A stretch of DNA of 59,262 nt from a virus (IMGVR_UViG_3300027851_000011); one strand, 5' to 3'; positions 18,990 to 28,352 are shown, counted from the first letter of the stretch. Made by a program: numbers and translations. Notes: generated by a model not told the origin, from the letters alone.

Positions 18990-21899
18990 ATGGCTGACAT
19001 CATCAAGAATGTTCTGAGCTACGGCGAGCAGCGGCGCACGCTGTTCCTGAACGCGCACAACAAGGACGACTACGGTCGTCACCGCGCACACGTCCTCTAC
19101 GGCCTCGATCTGCTGGGGACTGGCCACAAGGTGCAGATCTCGCCCGGAGCGGTCTACACCGCGCAGGGCCAGCGTCTCTTCTTCGAGGTCACTGATCGCG
19201 AGATCGACATCGGCCCCAACGGCATCGACGCGTTCAACACCAGCCGCTTCCCCGACTATCCGATCTGCGTCCTGCTCTACCTGAACTACCAGTTCCAGGT
19301 GCCCCGCGTCGCGTCGCCGATCGACACCGCGACCAGTGGCCCGACCAAGGCCGATCTGCGTGCCCGCATCGTGCCCTACGACAAGGCAACCTGTGCGCCG
19401 GCCTACAACCTGCTGCCGCACGACCCCGTCAACCTCGACGAGCTTCAGCCCAACACCTACCCGCATCTGAGCAATGCGCTGAAGCCCAGCATCGACCATC
19501 TGCCGTCGCAGAACCCTGCGCTGGAGTCGATTCAGTTCGGTGAGATCCCGCTCGGCTACGTGCTGATCGGTGCTGATCCGGTCAGCAATCTGCCGGCAAC
19601 CAGCCTCGACAGCGCAGGCGTCAGCCTCGTCACCTACAAGAACGTCTTCGACGCAATCAGCGATCTCGTCGGCCAGGACGTTCTGCTGCCGGTACAGGCG
19701 ACGCGTGTCGTCGCTGGCCTCGTCCAAGCCTATGGCTCGGCGCTTCAGCAGGGCTACTCGGATCGCCTCGTCGGCTCTGGCGCTACGTCGCCGCAGCTGC
19801 TCAACCCGCAGTTCGGCACGCCCGAGCCCGGCCCATCTGGCACGCGTGAGGACTCGCCGCACACCCTGTACCGTGAGGCATCGTTCCTGAAGGACGGCGA
19901 GCCCGTGCTCGAAGCCATGCGGCGCATGGACGTCGTACTGCGTCAGTGGATGAACCGCACCGGCGCCCAGGATCTGGTCGCGATCACCAAGGACGGTGCT
20001 GGCAACCTCATCCCCGTCGACTCACCGCTCGACGTCATCCTGCGCAAGCTCGATGGCTCGCTCGACGCAGCGGTCCCTGGCCCGGCCGCCGGCAACGCCA
20101 ACGCCGTGCTCTACGACAACGGCATCCCTGCTGACGCTGCCAACCCCGACAATCACGTGCTCAAGAGCGGCATCCTGCCGCATGTCGAGAACACGGTGAT
20201 GGGCAAGCTCGGCACGGCGGAGGGCGACAGCCACGAGAAGGCCATCGCTGCGCTCGACATCGGGCTCTTCACGGTGCTCGACAAGATCCTCGGCGAGGTC
20301 GTCCCGCGTGATCAGCTCCGCGACGTCTCTGGTGCGCTGTTCACGCCGGTCAACATGGACGAGCGCCCCGAAGGCCGTCCAGACAGCGCGCTGCCCGTTG
20401 TCGGTGGCGGCATGTCGCTGCACTACGTCACCACGCAGAAGTACCGCGCGCTCTTCAACGAGATCTACCGCCGGTCGCTCAGCGCACCCGGCTCGAACCT
20501 CATCGCCAACAACGGCTTCTGGGCCGGCGAGCCGCTGACCGGCACCCCGGCTCCGATGCCGCCGCTGTGGACGCTGTCGGCCGGTGCCAACTGGAGCCGC
20601 GCTCTGGTGAACGTCGGAACTGGCGCGATCAACATCTGGACGGCGACGTTCTCACTCGAAGCTGGCGGCTTCCTGCGCCAGTCGATCGTCACTGAAGACG
20701 TGGTCGGCGAGACCATCCGGTCCTCGCGCTACCTCTCGGCGTCCATCAACATCCAGAACGCCGGAGCCACTGACATCGTCGTCGAGGTCATCCTCTACTC
20801 GGACGATGCGCAGACTGTTCCGGTCGGTTCGATGGCCATCACGGTGCCCGCTGGCCAGCCCATGCGCCTCTACACGGCGACTGGTGAGGTCGCGCCGGCC
20901 CTGACCATCCGCAACGTGCGGTTCCAGATCCGCGCGGCCGGGCTGAGCGATCTCTGCACCTTCGTGATCGCTGGCTGCTCGCTGAACACGGGCATGCCGA
21001 ACTCGATGCCCGGCATCGACACCAAGCAGACCGACTTCGAGTCGCGCTACGACAACTACCACAACCAGCGGCAGGGCGACCACTGGATGGGCGGCAAGGC
21101 CCTGCGCAATGTGGCTGACCTGCCGGCGACGACCGACACGGCGATGGACGATGTCGCCACCGACGCGCCGCATGGCGCCGGCACTGGCCTGCGTGCGATG
21201 AACGCGAAGGACATCAACAACACGATGATGCGCCGCGACGGAGCCAAGGAAGCGACCGGCGACTGGGGGATGGGCCAGCACAAGATCGGCAACACGGCGT
21301 TCGCTGGTGGTGTCGCGGCGCCAGACGCAGCCGAGCTGACGGATCTGCTGCTCAGCGGCGCTCGCAAGCGCGACTACATCAACGCTGGCGACATCAACGA
21401 GGCGATGCTGCGCCGCGATGGTGCCAAGCCGACGACCGGGATGATCACGTTCGGCACCGGCAGCGGCGGTCTCGATGCTAACGGCGAGGTCATCAAGAAC
21501 GTCCCGGCTCCGGCCTATCCGTACTCGCCGGAAGCGCTCACTGCTGCGACGCCCTGGAGCTTCGTGAAGTCGAAGCTCCTGGCGCCGATCAACTTCCAGG
21601 CACCGCCGAACGACACGGTCCCGCTGCCCAACCGTGCTGACGGTTCGTCGAACTACCCCGACCATGCGCACCCGAGCACCTACGTCTATCCTGGCGTCGA
21701 GTACAAGGCCGGCGGCAAGATCATCGGGCAGGCGCTCAAGATGATCGACGATGGCGGCAACACGTGGTATGTCCCTGGTTCGAACGCATCGCCGAACTAC
21801 TGCAACTGCACCTGCACCTGCACGTGCACCTGCACCTGCACGTGCACCTGCACCTGCACGTGCAACGGTGACTACGACTGTGGCTCATGCATGAACTGA
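18990..21899 (+). CDS. Tail fibre-like protein with a C-terminal Cys-Thr repeat, 969 aa (candidate radical SAM substrate)
   Basis: Start at ATG 18990 (MADIIKNV). Has a carbohydrate-binding-like domain starting NLIANNGFW and fibre-shaft repeats (MMRRDGAKEATGDWGMG, MLRRDGAKPTTGMITFG). C-terminus is YCN(CT)9CNGDYDCGSCMN. Confidence 0.7.
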   Translation: MADIIKNVLSYGEQRRTLFLNAHNKDDYGRHRAHVLYGLDLLGTGHKVQISPGAVYTAQGQRLFFEVTDREIDIGPNGIDAFNTSRFPDYPICVLLYLNYQFQVPRVASPIDTATSGPTKADLRARIVPYDKATCAPAYNLLPHDPVNLDELQPNTYPHLSNALKPSIDHLPSQNPALESIQFGEIPLGYVLIGADPVSNLPATSLDSAGVSLVTYKNVFDAISDLVGQDVLLPVQATRVVAGLVQAYGSALQQGYSDRLVGSGATSPQLLNPQFGTPEPGPSGTREDSPHTLYREASFLKDGEPVLEAMRRMDVVLRQWMNRTGAQDLVAITKDGAGNLIPVDSPLDVILRKLDGSLDAAVPGPAAGNANAVLYDNGIPADAANPDNHVLKSGILPHVENTVMGKLGTAEGDSHEKAIAALDIGLFTVLDKILGEVVPRDQLRDVSGALFTPVNMDERPEGRPDSALPVVGGGMSLHYVTTQKYRALFNEIYRRSLSAPGSNLIANNGFWAGEPLTGTPAPMPPLWTLSAGANWSRALVNVGTGAINIWTATFSLEAGGFLRQSIVTEDVVGETIRSSRYLSASINIQNAGATDIVVEVILYSDDAQTVPVGSMAITVPAGQPMRLYTATGEVAPALTIRNVRFQIRAAGLSDLCTFVIAGCSLNTGMPNSMPGIDTKQTDFESRYDNYHNQRQGDHWMGGKALRNVADLPATTDTAMDDVATDAPHGAGTGLRAMNAKDINNTMMRRDGAKEATGDWGMGQHKIGNTAFAGGVAAPDAAELTDLLLSGARKRDYINAGDINEAMLRRDGAKPTTGMITFGTGSGGLDANGEVIKNVPAPAYPYSPEALTAATPWSFVKSKLLAPINFQAPPNDTVPLPNRADGSSNYPDHAHPSTYVYPGVEYKAGGKIIGQALKMIDDGGNTWYVPGSNASPNYCNCTCTCTCTCTCTCTCTCTCNGDYDCGSCMN
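21801..21866 (+). repeat. In-frame 6-bp tandem repeat TGCA(C/A)(C/G) x11, with a higher-order 18-bp unit x3, encoding alternating Cys
   Basis: TGCAAC + (TGCACC TGCACC TGCACG)x3 + TGCAAC. Confidence 0.95.
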
Positions 21900-23314
21900 T
21901 GCGATCCCCAGGCGCGGACCTCGTCTTCTCAGGCGAGGCCCCGTGGGGCTACGATCCGGCGACGCACACCCTGCGCTCGCCGAAGCATCGTGCCGCCAGA
22001 CCGAGCCCGCAGCTCCAAGACGCGATCACCCGGTATCTGGCCGGCGTGAAACTGCTTGTCGAGTTGGACATGGCGACCAAACCACCGGCCGCCATCACCA
22101 TCGAGCACGACAAGCGCTGCCAGCTCGGCTGCTCATTCTGCTACGCTGGATCAAACAAGGTCACGACCTCGCCGCGTCTCGACCCCAAGCGGGTCTGGCA
22201 GTTCGTCGAGCGCTACCAGACGCGCGACGTTCATGTGTACGGTGGAGACCCGTTCTTCGACGTCAGCTACATGACCGAGCTGCTCGAAGGGATCGCACAC
22301 CGCGTCGGCGGTATCCGCAAGCTGCACATCTCAACGAATGCGCTTGGACTCCGCCCCGATGTTCTGCTCCAGCTGCGCTCGATCAGCGAGAAGCTCGACC
22401 TCCAGGTGTCGTGCGAGCCTGAGTTCTTCGGTCTTCGGAATACCAAGGGCGGCGTGCACCAGAATGGCCCGCTCGCTGAACGCATCGCTGCGCTGCCCGT
22501 CGACTATGCGCTGAAGTTCTCCACGGTCCTCGCCCCTTCAGCGGGCGTGACGAATCAGACGTTCATCGACGGGCTCATGGCCTACGACACCTTGGCAGCT
22601 GGGCGTCCGTTCAGCATCGTGTGGATGATGGAGACCGAGAACAAGAATGCACAGATGCCGCCGTGGGTCATCCGGTGGATCGCTGAGAACTGGATGATCC
22701 ACGCAGAGAATGCGATCCCGACGAAGTTCCAGAATGCAATGCTCGGCAGCGCATACATGCGCTACGTGAAAGGCTGGTCGAACTCGCAGATCCACGATGC
22801 CCTGATGGGCAACCTCATGGGGTGCGGCTCCGGCACTGGAAACTTTGCATTTGCCAGCGATGGCCATGTCTACACGTGCCACGAGAAGGCAGCTGCCGGT
22901 GTCGAGACGTTCCGCGTCGGTACGAAGAACGCTTGGGAGCGTTGGAAAGCCAGCCGCCAGTTCTTCACGCCCGACTACGTGCGTCCTGAGTGCCGCGCGT
23001 GCCCAGCAAAGTTCGGCTGTCAGCTCTGCTCTGTGAAAGCCTCGAACACCACGTGTTCGTTTGAGCAGGAGCGCTTCGCCCTCGGCGTCCATCTCCTGTA
23101 TCTGCTCGACAACGGCAGCTACATGGCTCTGGCTGACAAGCTGGAGGATCGCTACTACCGGATTCTGGAGCAGCGCGAGGACATCTACCGCATCGTGCGT
23201 TCGCCCTACTGGGATCGACTCTTGTCAAGCACAGAAACTGTTGACGATGTGCAGTGGTGCTATTCGGCGGCGTTCGGTCGCCCCATGAAACCCCTCCTGG
23301 AAGTCACGCTGTGA
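21899..23314 (+). CDS. Radical SAM/SPASM domain protein 1, 471 aa
   Basis: CQLGCSFC (22118-22141), YGGDPF, ISTNAL; SPASM cysteines CGSG...DGHVYTCH...CRACPAKFGCQLC...C. Start at a TGATG overlap with the fibre stop. Confidence 0.92.
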   Translation: MRSPGADLVFSGEAPWGYDPATHTLRSPKHRAARPSPQLQDAITRYLAGVKLLVELDMATKPPAAITIEHDKRCQLGCSFCYAGSNKVTTSPRLDPKRVWQFVERYQTRDVHVYGGDPFFDVSYMTELLEGIAHRVGGIRKLHISTNALGLRPDVLLQLRSISEKLDLQVSCEPEFFGLRNTKGGVHQNGPLAERIAALPVDYALKFSTVLAPSAGVTNQTFIDGLMAYDTLAAGRPFSIVWMMETENKNAQMPPWVIRWIAENWMIHAENAIPTKFQNAMLGSAYMRYVKGWSNSQIHDALMGNLMGCGSGTGNFAFASDGHVYTCHEKAAAGVETFRVGTKNAWERWKASRQFFTPDYVRPECRACPAKFGCQLCSVKASNTTCSFEQERFALGVHLLYLLDNGSYMALADKLEDRYYRILEQREDIYRIVRSPYWDRLLSSTETVDDVQWCYSAAFGRPMKPLLEVTL

Positions 23315-24771
23315 AGCCACTCATCACGGACGAATACCCAGTAGAGTTCGGCCGCTTCCGCGACATCTTCGACCCTGAGGTGTACGACACTGACTTCAAC
23401 CTGTACAAGGATAGCTGCGATCCACAGCTCATGGCCATCATGGGCAACTTCACCGAACAGGACAAGAAGGACTACTACAACTTCTTCCTGCTGCTGCGCG
23501 CCGCGCATGCAGGGATCGCGGCAACCGTTCGGCGCCCGCAGAAGCTCGTGATTCACGGCTTCAAGGAATGCCACCTCAAGTGCAGCTACTGCATCGTGGA
23601 GGCGAACCAGCCGGGCGCGTCGACTGAGCATCTGAACCTCGACGTCATCAAGCAGCTGCGTGACACCTACGCGATCAACTCTGTGCACTTCGTCGGCGGC
23701 GAACCGACGTATGACTGGGATCAGCTGTATCGGTGCCTCGACATCCTGGGGCCGATGCTCAATGTTTCGCTGACGACCAACGGTCTCGGACTCACGCAGC
23801 GACACCTCGACGAGATGGATCGTCGGTGCCAGGACGTCTCATACCACGTGTCCGTCGAGCCCCAGTCGTGGGGACAGCGGATGTTCACAGATGGAGTGAC
23901 GCATCAGAACGTCGCGCTCAAGCGCGTGTTCGAGAAGCTGAACCCCGAACAGGTGTTCCGCTCGAAGACGAGCTGCCTCAACGTAGTTCTGCCGATGGAT
24001 TTCAAGTCGGCATCGGGCATCGAAACGAAAATGGATGTCGATGCCATCGTCGACGAACTCTCGGACGTCGTGAACTACCGTGACTGGATGGGGATCTGGC
24101 ATGTCGAGTTCGCGATGGAAGGCAACAAGACGCGTCCGCTCGACGACTGGATCTATCGACTGCTCGTCGACGAATCTGCGAAGGCCGCATCTGGCACGAT
24201 GACGAAGCAGCGCTTCCTCAATGGCCCCATTGGTGAGATGGCGTACCGGATGATCAACGTCAACAACACGAACAAGTACCCTGGCAAGTTCTTCTCGTGC
24301 GCCGTCGGCGGTTCGTCCATTCACGTGTCGTTCAACGGGAAGCTCTACGGCTGCTCGGTCGAAGCAGGACGCGGTGAAGGTGAGCGCCCCATCGACCCGC
24401 TCACCTACGGCCCGGCTGACAAGTGGGCGAGCCTCTGCGATGTCATGCCTGCGCTCACATACGACGCGTGCCGCGCATGTCCTGCCAAGTTCTTCTGCGG
24501 GAAGACATGCGGCAAGCTCAACGTCGCTGGTTGCGAGTACAACCGAATCCGCGCTGAACTGCTTCCGCGCGTTCTCAAGCGTTTCCACCCGGAGGAATAC
24601 GAGGCTGTTCGTCGTGCGCAGGAGCGCTACATTTACGCCTACACCCAGCATCGCGATCTGATCCGACACGTTCTGGCTGATCCGTGGACGCAGCAGTTCA
24701 TCCACGGCCAGACAAACGATCTGGAAAAGGTTCGCGAAGCGTCTGATGCCCTTGGAGTCTTGCTGTCATGA
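23311..24771 (+). CDS. Radical SAM/SPASM domain protein 2, 486 aa
   Basis: CHLKCSYC (23569-23592), VGGEPT, LTTNGL; SPASM CAVG...NGKLYGC...CRACPAKFFCGKTC...C. GTGA overlap with the previous stop. Confidence 0.92.
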   Translation: MKPLITDEYPVEFGRFRDIFDPEVYDTDFNLYKDSCDPQLMAIMGNFTEQDKKDYYNFFLLLRAAHAGIAATVRRPQKLVIHGFKECHLKCSYCIVEANQPGASTEHLNLDVIKQLRDTYAINSVHFVGGEPTYDWDQLYRCLDILGPMLNVSLTTNGLGLTQRHLDEMDRRCQDVSYHVSVEPQSWGQRMFTDGVTHQNVALKRVFEKLNPEQVFRSKTSCLNVVLPMDFKSASGIETKMDVDAIVDELSDVVNYRDWMGIWHVEFAMEGNKTRPLDDWIYRLLVDESAKAASGTMTKQRFLNGPIGEMAYRMINVNNTNKYPGKFFSCAVGGSSIHVSFNGKLYGCSVEAGRGEGERPIDPLTYGPADKWASLCDVMPALTYDACRACPAKFFCGKTCGKLNVAGCEYNRIRAELLPRVLKRFHPEEYEAVRRAQERYIYAYTQHRDLIRHVLADPWTQQFIHGQTNDLEKVREASDALGVLLS

Positions 24772-25502
24772 ACACCCTCTTCGACTACGCCAAACTCTAT
24801 GCAGAGACGCCACCGCACGACCCGCTGGACGAGATGCCGTATCTGTCTCGGGTTCTTGCCGGCAACCCGATCAGCTTCTTCGAGTGCCTGAAGCTCGGAG
24901 ACAAGTCGCTGATCCTGAAGTGCATGGCGAACATCCGCCTGTACTACGGCATCAAGCACTACAACACGGCGCTGGCCATCATCCGCAAGGGTGACGACTG
25001 CCAGGAGCTGGCCGACTTCAAAGCCGAGTTCGAAGCGGCTCCGCTGCACCCGCAGCGCCTCATCCTGCTCGATTCGTACATGGCCACCGAAGACGAGGTC
25101 AGCGACTACGACGGTGCCGAGGAAGCGTTCGACCTGAGCACTGACCTGCTCGACTCCAAGAACTTCCACCGCGCTGGCAACGACATCATCTTCCTCACCA
25201 CGCCTGTCGCCTCGTTCTCCTACATGGTCGCTGCCTCGACGGCGCTGCCTGTGTTCGAGCAGGCACCTGAACTGACGCACAGCATCAGCGTCTTCAATGC
25301 CTCGACGGCCACGCGCGACAGCTTCCTGGCGCTCATGAAGCTCATGCGCCGCGAGTGGAAGAACGTCGAGAACCGCAATCGCTTCGTCTACATCACGCAG
25401 AAGACGCTCCTGCACCTTCGTCGTGTCCTCAACGACAACAACCCGGCGTACTCGAAGCTGTTCGACAAGCGCATTGCAACCCTCGCGGAACTGGACTCAT
25501 GA
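24768..25502 (+). CDS. Hypothetical protein within the radical SAM cassette, 244 aa
   Basis: ATGA overlaps at both ends; no motif recognised. Confidence 0.75.
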   Translation: MNTLFDYAKLYAETPPHDPLDEMPYLSRVLAGNPISFFECLKLGDKSLILKCMANIRLYYGIKHYNTALAIIRKGDDCQELADFKAEFEAAPLHPQRLILLDSYMATEDEVSDYDGAEEAFDLSTDLLDSKNFHRAGNDIIFLTTPVASFSYMVAASTALPVFEQAPELTHSISVFNASTATRDSFLALMKLMRREWKNVENRNRFVYITQKTLLHLRRVLNDNNPAYSKLFDKRIATLAELDS

Positions 25503-26980
25503 TCAAACCAGAGCACCGACGCCACGGAGTAATGAACAAGCCGGTCCTCGGCGGCCCCGACAAGGGCTTCAGCTACTACGCTGCCTCGCATCAGTACGTG
25601 CTCGGTGATGCCAAGCCGATCGAGTTCTCACGCGCTGAGGAATACCTGCTCTGGCGCTATTTCCTCGGCATGCGCGTCGTCCACATGTTCGAGCGCATCT
25701 GCGCGAAGCCCGTGTCGCTGATGGCAGACCCGCTGCGTGGCTGCCAGCTCCAGTGCAGCTACTGCTATTCCGAGGTGTGGAACGACGACGGCGTTCGTGT
25801 ATCACCTGAACGCTTCGCTGAACTCCAGCGGCTGTTCGGATTCCCGTCGCTGTCGATGTACGGCGGCGATCCGTTCTACGACTGGAAGTACACGAAGTCG
25901 TGCATCGAGGCCATCAACGCAGTGAAGCCTCTCGATGAACTGCTGATCTCCACGAACGGAATCGGTGTCACGACCGACAAGGTTGCGTGGCTGAAGCTGC
26001 ACGTTCCGAAGATCCAGTTCCAGCTGTCGACGGAGCCAGAGAGCTGGGGCGCTCGCAAGAGTGCGAACGGAAAGCACCAGCGCGAGATCCTCGGTGACCG
26101 GCTCCACGACGTCAGCAAGCTGCTGCCGATTCAGATCGCGCTGGCGATCCCGCGCACGGGCCTCTCCAAGTGGGAGACGCTCGACGAGACCATCGACTAC
26201 TTCCAGCGTGTCGTTGGCCCGACCGACAACTGGTCGCTGAACTGGAAGCTGGAAGAGAACGACGAGCCGGAGCCGACGTACTCGAAGGCGTCGCTGCCAC
26301 CGTGGTACGCCGAGTGGCTCCAGGACGAATGGTACGCTGCGATGGAGAAGGACGGCAGCTACACCAAGTCGCGCATGCGGAAGGGGCTCGTCAACATGCG
26401 CATGTCGTCGATCCTGCGCATGATCGAGAAAGATCAGGCCCCAGTCGACTACTACAACTGCGCTGCTGGCTTCGGTGGACTTGGTATCGGCCCGACCGGC
26501 GAGCTGAGCAGCTGCCATCACCGTGCTGCTGTCGGTGACACCAACTACCGCTTCGACACGGTGACGGCACGTGGTCTGTGGGAGAAGATGGCGCGCGAAA
26601 CGCAGCACATGAACAACAGCGTGTGCGCCACGTGCTGCTCGAAATACACGTGCGGGGGCATCTGCTACACCTCGTTGAACAACAGCACGTGCGAAGCCTT
26701 CCGCGCCAACCTGGAACTCGCGCTGTTCGTTCTCGCTAACCATCTGCCTGACAAGGCTCAGCGCGTTTCTGACGTGACGCGCGCTGCTGCTGAGAAGAGC
26801 AAGAAGCTCGTCGCGCAGATGCGTCAGCTGCTGGAGTCCGAGCACTGGGACAACCTCATCCGTGCCAAGCTGAGCGCTGACGAGATGGGCGACCTGATCG
26901 CGCAGTTCCGTGGCTTCATGCCGAAGCTCGATGTACCGATCTGGGAGCTGCCAGCACCGGGCAGTCCCCAGAGTTTGTAG
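25499..26980 (+). CDS. Radical SAM/SPASM domain protein 3, 493 aa
   Basis: CQLQCSYC (25742-25765), YGGDPF, ISTNGI; SPASM CAAG...TGELSSCH...CATCCSKYTCGGIC...C. ATGA overlap at 25499-25502. Confidence 0.92.
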   Translation: MIKPEHRRHGVMNKPVLGGPDKGFSYYAASHQYVLGDAKPIEFSRAEEYLLWRYFLGMRVVHMFERICAKPVSLMADPLRGCQLQCSYCYSEVWNDDGVRVSPERFAELQRLFGFPSLSMYGGDPFYDWKYTKSCIEAINAVKPLDELLISTNGIGVTTDKVAWLKLHVPKIQFQLSTEPESWGARKSANGKHQREILGDRLHDVSKLLPIQIALAIPRTGLSKWETLDETIDYFQRVVGPTDNWSLNWKLEENDEPEPTYSKASLPPWYAEWLQDEWYAAMEKDGSYTKSRMRKGLVNMRMSSILRMIEKDQAPVDYYNCAAGFGGLGIGPTGELSSCHHRAAVGDTNYRFDTVTARGLWEKMARETQHMNNSVCATCCSKYTCGGICYTSLNNSTCEAFRANLELALFVLANHLPDKAQRVSDVTRAAAEKSKKLVAQMRQLLESEHWDNLIRAKLSADEMGDLIAQFRGFMPKLDVPIWELPAPGSPQSL

Positions 26981-26983
26981 CCG

Positions 26984-27011
26984 TTGCAGGGAACCTCAAT
27001 CAGCCTAGACT
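26984..27011 (+). promoter_or_regulatory. Putative promoter marking the end of the radical SAM cassette and the start of the next unit
   Basis: TTGCAG-16 nt-TAGACT in the 52-bp gap between genes. Confidence 0.5.
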
Positions 27012-27032
27012 GAATCCCCACATGAGGTTCCC

Positions 27033-28352
27033 ATGCTGACCTGCTTCCCCGACGTCGCCCTGAAGACTGCTGCCAGCGTGCGCCCGACCAACGGTGCCCG
27101 GATCGCAGTCCCGCATCCGGCGCTCGCCAATCAGGCTCCAACGCACCCGTCGCAGATCCCTGGCACCGCTGCCCATGCGACCTCGACCGGCGGAGCGGGC
27201 CCTGCGGCTCCGACCGCCGGCCTCGGTGCAGCTCGCGCGCCGGGTCAGACCTTCGGTGGCCGCATGGGCGCCTGGGGCAACCGCCTCGGCAGCATCCGTG
27301 GCATGGCCGGGCTCGGTGCAGCGGTCGGCGCAGCCAAGGGCCTGATCGCCCCTGGCGTCGAGTACGACGAGCAGGGCCGCCCGCACCGCAAGAGCCGCAT
27401 CGGCGCAGCCCTCAGCGGCGCCGGCACTGGCGCGCTGGTCGGTGGTGGCGTCGGCGTGCTCGGCAAGGCAACCGGCGCCGGCAAGGCGCTCGGCAACTGG
27501 GGCGCCAAGGTCGACGCAGGCACCGCAAACGCTCCCGACTGGATGCACAGCGTCCACGAGGGTGCTGGCGGCGGCCAGAGCCAGTTCCGCGCTGATGATC
27601 TGGCGACCCGCCCGGCCAAGGCCGCGATGGCACCGAATCAGGTCAACATCCCGGCCTCGACCCAGAACGTCTACCACGTCACCCAGAAGAATGGCGTGGG
27701 CTTCAAGTTCACCGTGCACGGCCACGATCCGCGCACTGGTGACATTCACGGGCTCTACCATGCGCCCGATGGTTCGAAGCAGCAGACCAGCTTCAACGCG
27801 GCGCACGTCGCGTCGATGAAGCCCCTCAACATCTCCATGCCGCAGGACACCAGCCCCATGCAGACCGCCACGATCTCTCGTCCGCAGCCCAAGGCCGCCG
27901 CGCTGCGCCTCGTCCGCGATGACATCTACCTCGTCGCCGCCACCAACGGCGAGGGCTTCATCGGCACCTACAAGGGCGCGAGCGCTGACGATCGCGCTGT
28001 GTTCCTGCTCCACGCACCCGGTGTGCAGTCCGTCGAAGCTGCCTTCGACATGCGCAAGCTGGCCCACATCTCGCCGGTGATCAACACCAAGACCGGCAGC
28101 GTGGCCCGCAGCCGCGACGAGCTGCCCTTCACCCATGAGGGCCAGAAGCTCGCCGAAGCCTACGCCTTCAAGATCGCGAAGCGCACCGCACCGGCCTCGT
28201 TCGCCGAGCACCAGTTCAAGAAGAAGGACACCGGCATGGCTGCGCCGGAGCCCGCCGCCTCGGCCAGCTCGCCGGCTGACACTGCCGTCGTGGAGCCCAA
28301 GCCGAGCGGCACCCCGCTGCCCGAGCTGCGCGCCAAGTCGAAGAAGAAGTGA
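27033..28352 (+). CDS. Hypothetical Gly/Ala-rich protein with a glycine-zipper segment, 439 aa (possible internal virion protein)
   Basis: GAGG RBS; GLGAAVGAAKG...GAALSGAGTGALVGGGVG; strong codon bias. Confidence 0.6.
   Translation: MLTCFPDVALKTAASVRPTNGARIAVPHPALANQAPTHPSQIPGTAAHATSTGGAGPAAPTAGLGAARAPGQTFGGRMGAWGNRLGSIRGMAGLGAAVGAAKGLIAPGVEYDEQGRPHRKSRIGAALSGAGTGALVGGGVGVLGKATGAGKALGNWGAKVDAGTANAPDWMHSVHEGAGGGQSQFRADDLATRPAKAAMAPNQVNIPASTQNVYHVTQKNGVGFKFTVHGHDPRTGDIHGLYHAPDGSKQQTSFNAAHVASMKPLNISMPQDTSPMQTATISRPQPKAAALRLVRDDIYLVAATNGEGFIGTYKGASADDRAVFLLHAPGVQSVEAAFDMRKLAHISPVINTKTGSVARSRDELPFTHEGQKLAEAYAFKIAKRTAPASFAEHQFKKKDTGMAAPEPAASASSPADTAVVEPKPSGTPLPELRAKSKKK

Noticed and set aside
21899-26980. 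Radical SAM genes as cofactor or DNA-modification enzymes (QueE, MoaA, NrdG, PqqE) or sulfatase maturases
   Set aside because: No partner pathway genes or sulfatase are present in the window. Full SPASM cysteine sets and direct coupling to a Cys-rich tail fit peptide/protein maturases better, although this alternative is not formally excluded.
1-26980. Extracellular contractile injection system or tailocin rather than a phage
   Set aside because: A portal-like gene, chaperone frameshift, many fibre genes and the absence of any host housekeeping genes over 59 kb favour a large phage.
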